DNA from: a virus
Lineage: Duplodnaviria; Caudoviricetes
DNA: 55,509 bases
IMG/VR virus record: IMGVR_UViG_3300032323_000841
Span: 1-55,509 of that record
Direction: 5' to 3' (one strand)
Positions 8,439-18,100 of the stretch are shown here, one piece after another. Both the position numbers and the translations under genes were made by a program. Numbering within the stretch: the first letter of the stretch is position 1; every line of letters starts with the position of its first letter. The notes beneath the pieces were generated by a model. That model saw only the letters and a program-made list of their open reading frames with translations. It made no database searches and had not been told where the DNA came from.

Positions 8439-10601
8439 ATGCCGCTGCAAAAACTCCAGCTCAAGCCCGGTGTAAACAGAGAATCCACGACGCTGGCTAA
8501 CGAAGGCACTTGGTTCGAGATGGACAAGGTGCGCTTTCGCTCGGGCTACCCGGAGAAGCTTGGCGGCTGGGTGCGCGATACCGGCGGTTACTACAACAAC
8601 GGCACGTCTTTGGCTCCGCCGACTGGATCATTTTGGGGCACTTGCCGGGCGTTGTGGAACTGGGTGAATCTTGCAGGCTACAACCTGATTGGCTTGGGCA
8701 CGCACCTGAAGTACTACATCCAGCAGTCCAACGGTGGTAACTTCTATGATGTCACGCCACTGCGTGATGTAAATGCGATTGCATCTAATGCCTTCACGAC
8801 CACCAACGGCTCGACCACTGTTGTTATCAATGATCCGGGCTATGGCGCTGGTAATGGTGACTTTGTCACGATCTCCGGCGTGGGCGGTGCGGTCAACGGC
8901 ATTCCTGCTGCGGCGCTGAACAAAGAGTTCCGCGTTACCTATATTGATTCGTCTACCTACAGCATCACAGTCAGCTCTCCGGCCACGTCTTCTGGAACCA
9001 CTGGCGCTGCAACGTTCAGCTACCAAATTTCCATCGGCCAAGAAATTTTTACCACACTCACAGGTTGGGGCGCTGGCGGATACGGCGGTACAGTTACGAT
9101 TGCTGCGACGACGACGCTAAACGGCGCACTCAACGACAGCGCCACGACCATCACGGTTGTCTCCACTACAGGCTTTGCAGCGTCTGGCGTCATTGGCATC
9201 GAGGGTGAGTACATCACCTATTCGGGTAAAACCGGCACAACTTTCACTGGCTGCACCCGAGGCGTGGGTAGTACCGCTGTGGCGCACGCAGACGGCACCG
9301 TTGTTAATCAATACAGCAACGCAACCGGCTGGGGCGAGTCTGCAACATCGGGCGTTGGTGTGCAGTTGCGTTTGTGGAGCCAGACCAACTTTGGTCAAGA
9401 CCTGATCATCAACCCTCGCGGGGGGGCGCTCTACCTGTGGAAGGTAAATGCTAACCCAACAATCTATGACAGGGCGGTGCTGCTCTCACCCACAAGTTCG
9501 GGCGCGTACCAGACGGATGCTGGCTGCCCCAGTATTTGTAACTCCGTCTTGGTCTCTGATGCCTCGCGTTTTGTGATTGCGTTTGGCTGCAACGACTACG
9601 GCCTTACTGAGCTTGATCCTCTTCTGGTCCGCTGGTCTGATCAGGAAGATTACGCCACTTGGACCCCGTCGGCTACCAATCAGGCCGGCAGCTATCGCCT
9701 GTCCACCGGCTCCAGCATCGTTGCCCACCAACAAACCCGTCAGGAAATCTTGGTCTGGACGGATGCTGCGATCTATTCCATGCAGTATCTTGGCCCGCCG
9801 TTTACTTGGGGCTTCCAGATTCTGGGCAGCAACACTTCTGTTGCCGGTCCCAACGCTGTTGCAACCGCAGCCAACATTACCTATTGGATGGGGTTGGACA
9901 AGTTTTACATGTACTCAGGTCGTGTGGAAACCCTGTACTGCCCCCTACGCCAGTACATCTTTGGCGACATCAACCTTCAACAGCAATATCAGTTTATTGC
10001 TGGAACGAACGAGGGTTACAACGAAATCTGGTGGTACTACTGTTCGGCCAATTCCACTGTGATTGACCGCTACGTTGTTTACAACCACCTTGAGCGTGTG
10101 TGGAGCTATGGCACTTTGTCGCGTACCGCGTGGCTGGATTCGCCTCTGCGTGACTTCCCGGTGGCTACAACCTATGGCAATCAGTTGGTCTACCACGAGA
10201 ATGGTGTAGACGACGGCACCACCAACCCGCCTAGCCCGATCAGTGCGTACATCCAGTCTGCCGACTTCAACATCGGTGACGGGCATAACTACGGCTTTGC
10301 ATGGCGCATGATCCCCGACATCACGTTTGACGGCTCTTACGTCAACAATCCGCAGGTCACGTTTACACTGCGCCCGCGTCAGAACCCCGGCTCCAACTAC
10401 GGTACGGCAGACACGCCGACGGTGACCAGCACGCAGAACTTTCAAGGCCAGCGCAACTACACGGTCCAGCAGTTCACGGAGATCATTTACACCCGCATCC
10501 GTGGCCGGCAGATGGCATTCAAAGTTAGCTCCGACGGGCTTGGGGTGAACTGGCAGTTGGGTGTGCCGGCAATTGATATCCGTCCTGATGGAAGACGCTG
10601 A
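8439..10601 (+). CDS. Tail nozzle / stabilisation protein
   Basis: 720 aa, beta-propeller-like (VRWSDQE, NEIWWYY, RTAWLD) with Thr-rich insert; precedes internal virion genes. Confidence 0.7.
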   Translation: MPLQKLQLKPGVNRESTTLANEGTWFEMDKVRFRSGYPEKLGGWVRDTGGYYNNGTSLAPPTGSFWGTCRALWNWVNLAGYNLIGLGTHLKYYIQQSNGGNFYDVTPLRDVNAIASNAFTTTNGSTTVVINDPGYGAGNGDFVTISGVGGAVNGIPAAALNKEFRVTYIDSSTYSITVSSPATSSGTTGAATFSYQISIGQEIFTTLTGWGAGGYGGTVTIAATTTLNGALNDSATTITVVSTTGFAASGVIGIEGEYITYSGKTGTTFTGCTRGVGSTAVAHADGTVVNQYSNATGWGESATSGVGVQLRLWSQTNFGQDLIINPRGGALYLWKVNANPTIYDRAVLLSPTSSGAYQTDAGCPSICNSVLVSDASRFVIAFGCNDYGLTELDPLLVRWSDQEDYATWTPSATNQAGSYRLSTGSSIVAHQQTRQEILVWTDAAIYSMQYLGPPFTWGFQILGSNTSVAGPNAVATAANITYWMGLDKFYMYSGRVETLYCPLRQYIFGDINLQQQYQFIAGTNEGYNEIWWYYCSANSTVIDRYVVYNHLERVWSYGTLSRTAWLDSPLRDFPVATTYGNQLVYHENGVDDGTTNPPSPISAYIQSADFNIGDGHNYGFAWRMIPDITFDGSYVNNPQVTFTLRPRQNPGSNYGTADTPTVTSTQNFQGQRNYTVQQFTEIIYTRIRGRQMAFKVSSDGLGVNWQLGVPAIDIRPDGRR

Positions 10602-10948
10602 TGACCCAGATCGTTACATCTGAGTTTGAGATCAATCGGGTTGTCGCCCCACGCCTGCCCACCGCTCCGCCTGACTACGAGAAGCGCTATCACGATCAGT
10701 TTGGCGACATTCTGCGCCTGTACTTCAATCAGGTAAACAACATTCTTGGGCAGTTACGTACTTTTGATTTAATTCCACCAACCACAAACTACACGGTTGC
10801 CACCTTGCCCAGCGCAGCAACATCGGGGGCAGGGGCACGTACCTTTGTGACCAACGCTTTGACTCCTACCTTTGGAGCTACCGTTGTAGGTGGCGGCGCT
10901 GTCTTTACCCCAGTTTACTCGGATGGCACCAACTGGAAGGTTGGCTGA
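10601..10948 (+). CDS. Small tail structural protein
   Basis: LRLYFNQ and YTVATLPSA...VYSDGTNW motifs. Confidence 0.6.
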   Translation: MTQIVTSEFEINRVVAPRLPTAPPDYEKRYHDQFGDILRLYFNQVNNILGQLRTFDLIPPTTNYTVATLPSAATSGAGARTFVTNALTPTFGATVVGGGAVFTPVYSDGTNWKVG

Positions 10949-10977
10949 TTGCCTATAAGAACCCCCCATGTTAGACT
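10949..10977 (+). promoter_or_regulatory. Sigma70-like promoter
   Basis: TTGCCT-N17-TAGACT with extended TG; intergenic. Confidence 0.5.
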
Positions 10978-11005
10978 CAATTAACCCCTATTCCGTGAGG
11001 CCCCA

Positions 11006-12268
11006 ATGAGCCTACAACTTGCCGCAAACCATCTGGCTGCTCAAGGCCGAGGGCCGGACACAATGCTTGTCCATATGGCTCCGAGTGAAGTCAAAAGCCT
11101 TCAATCGATTGCTATGGCTCATGGCGGGTCACTCACTACTAACCCGCAGACTGGTTTGCCTGAAGCAGGTTTTCTAAAGAATCTTCTGCCGATGATCGCC
11201 GGCATGGCGCTTGCGCCTTTAACTGCTGGTACTTCTCTTGCGTTTCTTGGCACTCCCATGGGAGCAGCTCTTACGGTTGGCGGCTTGCAAGGTTTGCGCA
11301 CTGGCAGTTTAAAAAAGGGCGTGATGGCTGGTCTTGGCGCTTATGGTGGTGCAGGCCTTGCAGGTGGTCTGGCTCAAAGTGGTATTCAAGCAGGACTAGC
11401 TCCTGAGTTGGCTGCGGCACAAACTGGTGTGCAGCAAGTTGCTAGTGCTGTGCCTTCTGCCGGGTTGGCTCCAGAAGCTGTGGGTCAATATGCAACAGAC
11501 ATTCTTAGCAAAACCCAACCGTATGTAAATGCAAGCAATGCCGCAACCCAAGCTTTTAACACCGGGTCTTTTGCTGATCGTCTTGGAACGATTGGTCAAG
11601 GTGTTAAGAGCTTAGGCTCTCAAGGTGGTCTTGAATCATTCATGCAAAACGTGGGTGGTGCCAAGAAATTGATGCAATATGGTGGCGCTGCGGCAGCCCC
11701 TGCACTGTCTTCTATGCTTGAGCCAAAGACTTCTGTGGCTCCAGTAGACAGTGAGCAGTATCGATACTCTTACGACCCCGGTCGTCAAATGCCTCCTACC
11801 CGCGAGGGTGACATGGGTGAGTACACTTATTTCCGCCCAAGCTTTACTCGTTTAAATCCCACCACTGCGATGGCCGCTAACGGTGGCCTGATGGACTTGC
11901 CGGTCGAGCGCATGTCTGATCGCAACGATGCAATGATGGGCATGGCTAACGGTGGACAGATGTATGCCGCTGGCGGCATCTCGCATCTGGGTGATTACTC
12001 TGATGGCGGTCGTCTGCTGCGCGGCCCCGGTGATGGCGTGAGCGATGACATCCCTGCCACGATTGCCAACAAGCGTCCTGCACGTCTTGCTGATGGTGAG
12101 TTTGTGGTGCCTGCCCGTATCGTCTCTGAGTTAGGCAACGGCTCGACTGAGGCTGGCGCACGCAAGCTGTACGCCATGATGGACCGGGTGCAGAAGAACC
12201 GCAACAAGACGGTTGGTAAAGGTAAGGTTGCTGTGGACAGCCGCTCTGAGAAGCTGCTGCCGGCATGA
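11006..12268 (+). CDS. Internal virion / ejection protein
   Basis: Gly/Ala-rich with hydrophobic stretch; GRGPDTMLVH..TNPQTGLPE start and GPGDGVSDDIPA..LADGEFVVPA end. Confidence 0.65.
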   Translation: MSLQLAANHLAAQGRGPDTMLVHMAPSEVKSLQSIAMAHGGSLTTNPQTGLPEAGFLKNLLPMIAGMALAPLTAGTSLAFLGTPMGAALTVGGLQGLRTGSLKKGVMAGLGAYGGAGLAGGLAQSGIQAGLAPELAAAQTGVQQVASAVPSAGLAPEAVGQYATDILSKTQPYVNASNAATQAFNTGSFADRLGTIGQGVKSLGSQGGLESFMQNVGGAKKLMQYGGAAAAPALSSMLEPKTSVAPVDSEQYRYSYDPGRQMPPTREGDMGEYTYFRPSFTRLNPTTAMAANGGLMDLPVERMSDRNDAMMGMANGGQMYAAGGISHLGDYSDGGRLLRGPGDGVSDDIPATIANKRPARLADGEFVVPARIVSELGNGSTEAGARKLYAMMDRVQKNRNKTVGKGKVAVDSRSEKLLPA

Positions 12269-12717
12269 AAGATCAAGGCACGTTAGAGTGGTTTGGGGGC
12301 AATCAAGATGCCCTGAACATGTATCGTGCGTTTGTAAATCTGGCGCACACATGGGACGACATGATTGACCGGGACAAGCCGGTGAGCGCCGATGACATCA
12401 ACCGCGCTTTCTTGACCTGTCTGGTGTATCTCCCCGCCAATCCGTTTTACCGCGCTATCCAAGACCAGATCATGCCGATGTGGTTGGTTGTGGTCTCTTC
12501 GTATGAGACCGCCAACGCTTTCGAGAAAGCTAAAGACCCGCACGGCATCGAGATTGCACACAGCCTGCGATATGCGGCAGGCAACATCATTGCGTATGCG
12601 GTCCATGTTTGTCTGGGCGCAGAGAAAGCAAAAGAAGTTTTGCCGGAAGTCTGGAAGGCCATGTTTTATGAGCGGTTCGACGACTACCGCAAGGAGCACC
12701 TAAGTGAATCCAATTAA
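12265..12717 (+). CDS. Helical DDxxD protein, isoprenoid-synthase/prenyltransferase-like
   Basis: HTWDDMIDRD aspartate-rich motif in a helical 150-aa ORF overlapping both neighbours. Confidence 0.5.
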   Translation: MKDQGTLEWFGGNQDALNMYRAFVNLAHTWDDMIDRDKPVSADDINRAFLTCLVYLPANPFYRAIQDQIMPMWLVVVSSYETANAFEKAKDPHGIEIAHSLRYAAGNIIAYAVHVCLGAEKAKEVLPEVWKAMFYERFDDYRKEHLSESN

Positions 12718-15118
12718 ATTTATTCTTTCCGCGCTCCGTTTTGCAGGTTTATTTGGCCTACAGCTAGGCAGTGATAGCCCCAGTACCCCTGAAAAGCAAA
12801 CGCAAGTTTCTGATCTGCCGGACTGGGCCAAGCCGTATGCGAAAGAGGTGCTTGGCAAGGGCCAAGCGCTGACGGACGTCAACAAGAATCCGTACCAGAC
12901 CTACGGCGGCGAGAGAATTGCTGGATTCTCTCCCATGCAACAACAGTCGTTCCAAGGCGCGGCTGGCATGCAGCCTTCGCAGCTTGGCGCTCAAGCCGGC
13001 CAGTTTGCTGGCGCTGCCACCATGGGCGCTCTGGGCGCACAGTACGACCCGTTCCGCATGGGTCAATTTACATCTGGGCGTGCCGCTCAGTACATGAACC
13101 CGTTTATTGAGCAGGCAATGGAGCCGCAGCTTCGGGAAGCCCAGCGCACCTCTGAGATGCAGCGCGTTGCCGATATGGGGCAAGCCACCCGTGCAGGTGC
13201 TTTTGGCGGTGGCCGTCAAGCCATTCTTGAGGCAGAGCGTCAGCGCAATCTGGGAACCCAACTGGGTGACATTCGCGCTAAAGGCTACATGTCTGCCTTT
13301 GATCAGGCACAACAGAACTTTGCCCGTGAACAACAACTGCGTGAGCAGTCTCGTCAGTACGGTGCTGGTCTGGGCATGCAAGGCTTGCAAACCGCTTTGC
13401 AAGGCGCAGGTCAGATGGGTCAACTGGGTGGTCAGCAGTTCCAGCAGGGCATGGACATTAACAAGCTCCAGAACCTGTACGGCACGCAGCAGCAGCAACT
13501 GGAGCAGCAGCGACTAGGTCAGAACTATCAGGACTTCCTGAACCAACAGCGCTATCCGTACCAGCAGCTTGAGTTCATGTCGAACCTGCTGCGTGGCACC
13601 CCGATGGGCACGGTCCAGACCTTGTACGGTGGTCAGCCTAACAATCTCGGCACGCTGGTCGGCGCGGGCATCGGTACCTTTGGTGCTTTAAGCCGTGGTG
13701 AAGGTTTAAACCGTGCTGAAGGCGGCATGGTTGATTCCTATGCCGAAGGCGGTGTGACTGACACCCGCAACGTTGAAGACATCCTTGACAAGCTGTCTGA
13801 CCAGCAACTGCAACAGGCCCAGCAATCGGCTATCGCCCGTGGTGATGCTGTGCAGCTTCAGGCTATTGCCCAAGAGATGGCGCAACGCGCCTCCATGCGC
13901 CGTGGTGTTGCTGCTGGCATCCCTGATCAGTTCGCAGACAGCATGGAAGAAGGCATGGCTGCGGGGGGTATCGTGGCCTTCGCCAACGGCGGTGACATTG
14001 ATCCTCTGGCTCAGTTTAGCGGCATGGACCCCGCCTCCCTAGCCATGGATGAGGCTCGTCGCCAATCTGTCATGGCAAACCGTAAAGCGGCAGAAGAAGA
14101 GCAGCGTCTTGAGTTTCTAAGGACCGCAGCCCCTGAAATTGCAGCTCGCATGGAGAAGGAGCGTAAGCCTGCTGCTGCTCCCGCCCCGACTCCGGCTCGG
14201 CAAGCTGCTGCTCCTGCCCCCGCTCCCGCCCCCGCACCTTCAGCCAAGGCCACCAAAGAGGTGAAGAAAGCCTCCGCAGCTATTGCCCAGAGCGCAGGCG
14301 TGTCAGAGAAGTCGATTGCCGATGAGGCGATGTCTATCTATGAGCGCATGCAAGGCCTGCACAAAGGCGAGCGCGATGAACTGAACAAGTTGATTGAAGC
14401 TCAGAAGGGTAAGGCTGGAGAGATCAAATCTCGCGGCCTAGCCGATGCTTTGATGAACTTTGGATTTACTATGGCGGCCAAGGCAGCCAGACCCGGTGCT
14501 ACCTTTTTGGGTAGCGTTGGTGAAGCTGCCCCGGCGTTTGGTGCTTCTATCATCAAGACGCAAGAGCTGGAAGCTGCTGCCAACGACAACTACAACAAGC
14601 TGTTGATGGAGCAGAAGAAATACGATATCGCCACCAAGCGCGGCGACATGAAGGAAGCGGGAGACTCCGCCGACAAGATTGCACGTCGCCGGTTTGAGCA
14701 GGAGAAGCTCAACAAGGAGATCGAATACCGTAACCGCGCACTGTCTGTGCAGGCTGCTGGCCGTGATACAGCACTGCTTCAGATTGCAGATCGCATCATG
14801 GCGCAGCCCGGATACAAAGGTTCTCTGGAAGATGCTCTGCGGGTTGCCTCTGGGGTGCAAGGCGGCGTGGATATCCGTACCGATTTCAACCGCCAGAAGC
14901 TCTTGGCAGATAAGCTGGAGAAGGACACCTCGCTCAAGCTGTTGAACCTTGAACTCAATCAGGCAAAAACCGAAGCCGACCGAGCCAAGATTCAAGGTAA
15001 GATTGATCAGCGTAAAGCCGCAATCATGCAGGATGTAAACGTGCAGACTGGCGGTGCGGCCCCTGCGGCAGCCGGTACAGTGATGCGGTTTGATGCTAAA
15101 GGCAACCCCATTCAGTGA
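12704..15118 (+). CDS. DNA ejection / internal virion protein
   Basis: 804 aa; LPDWAKPY, YMNPF, AGAFGGGR; Gln-rich helical N-half, PA-rich linker, coiled-coil C-half. Confidence 0.7.
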   Translation: MNPIKFILSALRFAGLFGLQLGSDSPSTPEKQTQVSDLPDWAKPYAKEVLGKGQALTDVNKNPYQTYGGERIAGFSPMQQQSFQGAAGMQPSQLGAQAGQFAGAATMGALGAQYDPFRMGQFTSGRAAQYMNPFIEQAMEPQLREAQRTSEMQRVADMGQATRAGAFGGGRQAILEAERQRNLGTQLGDIRAKGYMSAFDQAQQNFAREQQLREQSRQYGAGLGMQGLQTALQGAGQMGQLGGQQFQQGMDINKLQNLYGTQQQQLEQQRLGQNYQDFLNQQRYPYQQLEFMSNLLRGTPMGTVQTLYGGQPNNLGTLVGAGIGTFGALSRGEGLNRAEGGMVDSYAEGGVTDTRNVEDILDKLSDQQLQQAQQSAIARGDAVQLQAIAQEMAQRASMRRGVAAGIPDQFADSMEEGMAAGGIVAFANGGDIDPLAQFSGMDPASLAMDEARRQSVMANRKAAEEEQRLEFLRTAAPEIAARMEKERKPAAAPAPTPARQAAAPAPAPAPAPSAKATKEVKKASAAIAQSAGVSEKSIADEAMSIYERMQGLHKGERDELNKLIEAQKGKAGEIKSRGLADALMNFGFTMAAKAARPGATFLGSVGEAAPAFGASIIKTQELEAAANDNYNKLLMEQKKYDIATKRGDMKEAGDSADKIARRRFEQEKLNKEIEYRNRALSVQAAGRDTALLQIADRIMAQPGYKGSLEDALRVASGVQGGVDIRTDFNRQKLLADKLEKDTSLKLLNLELNQAKTEADRAKIQGKIDQRKAAIMQDVNVQTGGAAPAAAGTVMRFDAKGNPIQ

Positions 15119-15125
15119 GGTCTAG

Positions 15126-18100
15126 ATGACGGTTCAAGCTCAGTTAGCAGATGGCCGCATCCTTGAGTTTCCAGACGGTACTGATCCGAAGGTAATTCAA
15201 GCCACGGTAAAACGAGTCATTGCATCATCCGAGGCAGCTCCCGAAGAGGGGATCTTGGCCTCCGGTATCGGTGGATTTAAACGTTTTGGCGCAGGTCTTG
15301 AGACCGCCCTAGGCTCAGTTATTGACCCTGAGATCGCTGCCCGTCGTGGTTTACAGCGTCAGCAAGAGATTTCTGCGCAGTATGCCCCGGGTGCTAGCCT
15401 AGAAAAGGTCAAGCAGGCATACGAGCAGAGCGGCCTGTTGTCTGCCGCCGGGGAGGCTATTAGCCAAGTCCCCGCTGCTTTGGCAGAACAGTTCCCCAAT
15501 ATCGCTGCAACCCTTGCTGCTGGTAAGGCTGGTGCCATGGCCGGCACTGCCGTTGCCCCCGGCGTTGGAACTATTGTCGGCGGCCTTACCGGCGCAGCTA
15601 TCCCCTCTTTGCTTCAACTGTACGGCTCTAACCTAGTTCGTCAGCAGGAAGAGACCCCCGGGGATCTTTCCCGTCTTTCTGCGCTGGGAGCTGCTGTTCC
15701 GGGCACCGCCCTTGAGGTGGCTGCTACCGCCATTCCCCTTGGCCGCACGTTCATTGGCAAGATCCTCGGCCCCGAGGCTGAGAAGATGCTGGCCCGTGGC
15801 ACCAGCGCATCCCTTGAGAAGGCTGCTAAGGAAGGCGTTGCCGCATCCTTGGCCCGGGGTGCTGGTGTGGGCGTTCTTGCTGAGATCCCCACTGAGGTTA
15901 CCCAGCAGATGCTGGAACGCCTGCAAGCAGGCCTACCCCTTACCACGCCCGATGCCCTGTCTGAGTACGGGGAAGCCGCCTACGGGGCGGGCTTGGTTGG
16001 CGCACCATTTGGTGCTGGTGCCCGTGCTGCTGGACGCTCTAGCGCCCAAGCCCAGTATGCTGCACTGAAGCAAAAAGAAGATGAGGCAGCGTTTGAACAG
16101 GAAAAGGCTGCTGCCCTTGCAAGGCGTCAGGAAGAGCTGGCCGCACAGCAGGAACAGCTCAACCGCAACCGGGAGAACCTAGGCCTGCCCGAGACTCCCG
16201 TGCTTGCCTTGCCCGCACCCGCAGCGGTGGCAGAGCCTGAGAAAGAGGTTGATCTACAGAACCCGGTTGGCAACATCACCCGGGAAGAGTTGTCTCCTGA
16301 AGTCCTGAAGTACGTCGATCAGTACCGCAAGGACATGGGCATGCCACGGCTTAAGTCTTTCTCCGTGGAAGACATCCGGGATGCCATGACCAATGTGAAC
16401 CCGCAAGGGGAGCAGGCTGCGCTTGACTCCATTCTGGCGTTCAAGACTGGATTTAAAGGGGAAGAGACCTTCTCCGCCGAGGATGTCATCAACGCTGCGG
16501 TTGAGAAGAACATCGCCACCGAGACCAAAGGGTTTGGCGACTTCCTTGAGCGCACGACCGGCAATCGGGACATCACCAAGCTGTCCCAGCCGCAGCTGTA
16601 TGCTGCGTTTAAATCGCTTAAAGATCTGCCTGCCGTCGCCCCGGGCGAGCAGGTTGTCCTGCCTGAAGGCTCCAACGCCAGCCGGTTTACCCAAAAGCAG
16701 TACAACAACGCCCTGAAATACGTGGGTGTCAGCTTCCAAGAGATGGGTAACCAGCCTCTGGCCCGGGAAGTCATCTCTCAGGACGTGATGGACGCCGCAG
16801 GTCTGGAGTCCCAGCGTGCCGCAGAGATGCTGCTGGACACCGCTTTGAAGAATGGCGACCTGTCCGAGTCACGTCAGCAGGTCTTCCGCACCATCGATCC
16901 TAAGACCGGCGAGATCAAGTTCACCTACTTTGACCGCGCCAAGGCTGAAGCTGCTGCCAAGAAGCAGAAGCTGGATGTCCAAGAGCAGACCTTGGTGTCT
17001 ATTGCACCCAAGGAAGCTCCCAAACCTTCTCCCCGTGCACCTCTGCCGGGTGGGTTTGACATCGCAGAACAAGATTTTGTCGAGGGTGAGCGCCCTGCCG
17101 GCTTTGCCATCACGCCCGAAGGCCAAATGAAGCCGCTGGTAACCATCCTTGAGGAACAGGATGTGCCCGCCAAGATTGAGCGTTTACAGGGTCTGCGCCG
17201 CAAGGAAGCGGACAAGCTGCTTCAGGATGTCTCCAAGCATGAACAGACGGTCAAAAAAGGCCGGGCTGCGCTGGAGTCCATGGAAGCCCGTGGCGAGACC
17301 GACACGGATGGCTACAAGAAGGCCCAAGCCCAGCAAGCCCGCGCAGAAGACATTCTGGGTCGTCGCATCGAGAGCCTGCTAAACCGTATTGAAGAGTACG
17401 GCGTCCCCCTACAGGCCAAGCCTGTGGGCAAGCGGCAGGTCACCCGCAAGGGCTTTACCGTCACCAAAGAAGGCAAGACGGTAGGCACCTTCCCGACCCG
17501 GGCAGAGGCCGAGCAGAGCATTCTGGCTAACCTGTCGGACAAAGAGCTTCAGGACATCGTTGACTCCGGCAAGCAAGGAGCCTTCCTTGACCGCGCCCAG
17601 AAAGAGCTTGAGGGCCGCAAGACCCCCGGTATCAAGGTCAAGAAGTCTCCCAAGTCTGAAGAGCAGATCAAGCAGGAACAAGAGAAGGCCAAGAAAGAGG
17701 CCGAGCGTGATGAGCGCGTTCAGAAGCTGGAAGAGCTTCTGGTTCCTTTGCTTTCCAAGTTCGGCCTGAAGGACGTTGCCCTCAAGATCGTTGACCAGAT
17801 CGAACATGGCGCAGGCGGCAAGTACTCTTCTCTACAGAAGCTGATTCAAATCTCTCTGGAAGCTGACAAGCCTGTCCAGACCATGCGCCATGAGGCGCTG
17901 CATGCTTTGAAGAACCTAGGCTTCTTCACCCCGCAGCAATGGAAGGCGCTGGAGCAGCAGGCTAAGAAGACTTGGGTGGACAAGTACCTCAAGGGGCAGA
18001 TGACTGAGCTTGACGGCAAGGTCATGACCCGCTTTGATGCCTACAAGAAGCTGGGCTATTCCGAGGCTGACCTCCTTGAGGAAGCTATTGCTGACGCCTT

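Noticed and set aside
14160-14245. GCTCCCGCC-like repeats
   Set aside because: They encode an ordinary Pro/Ala linker
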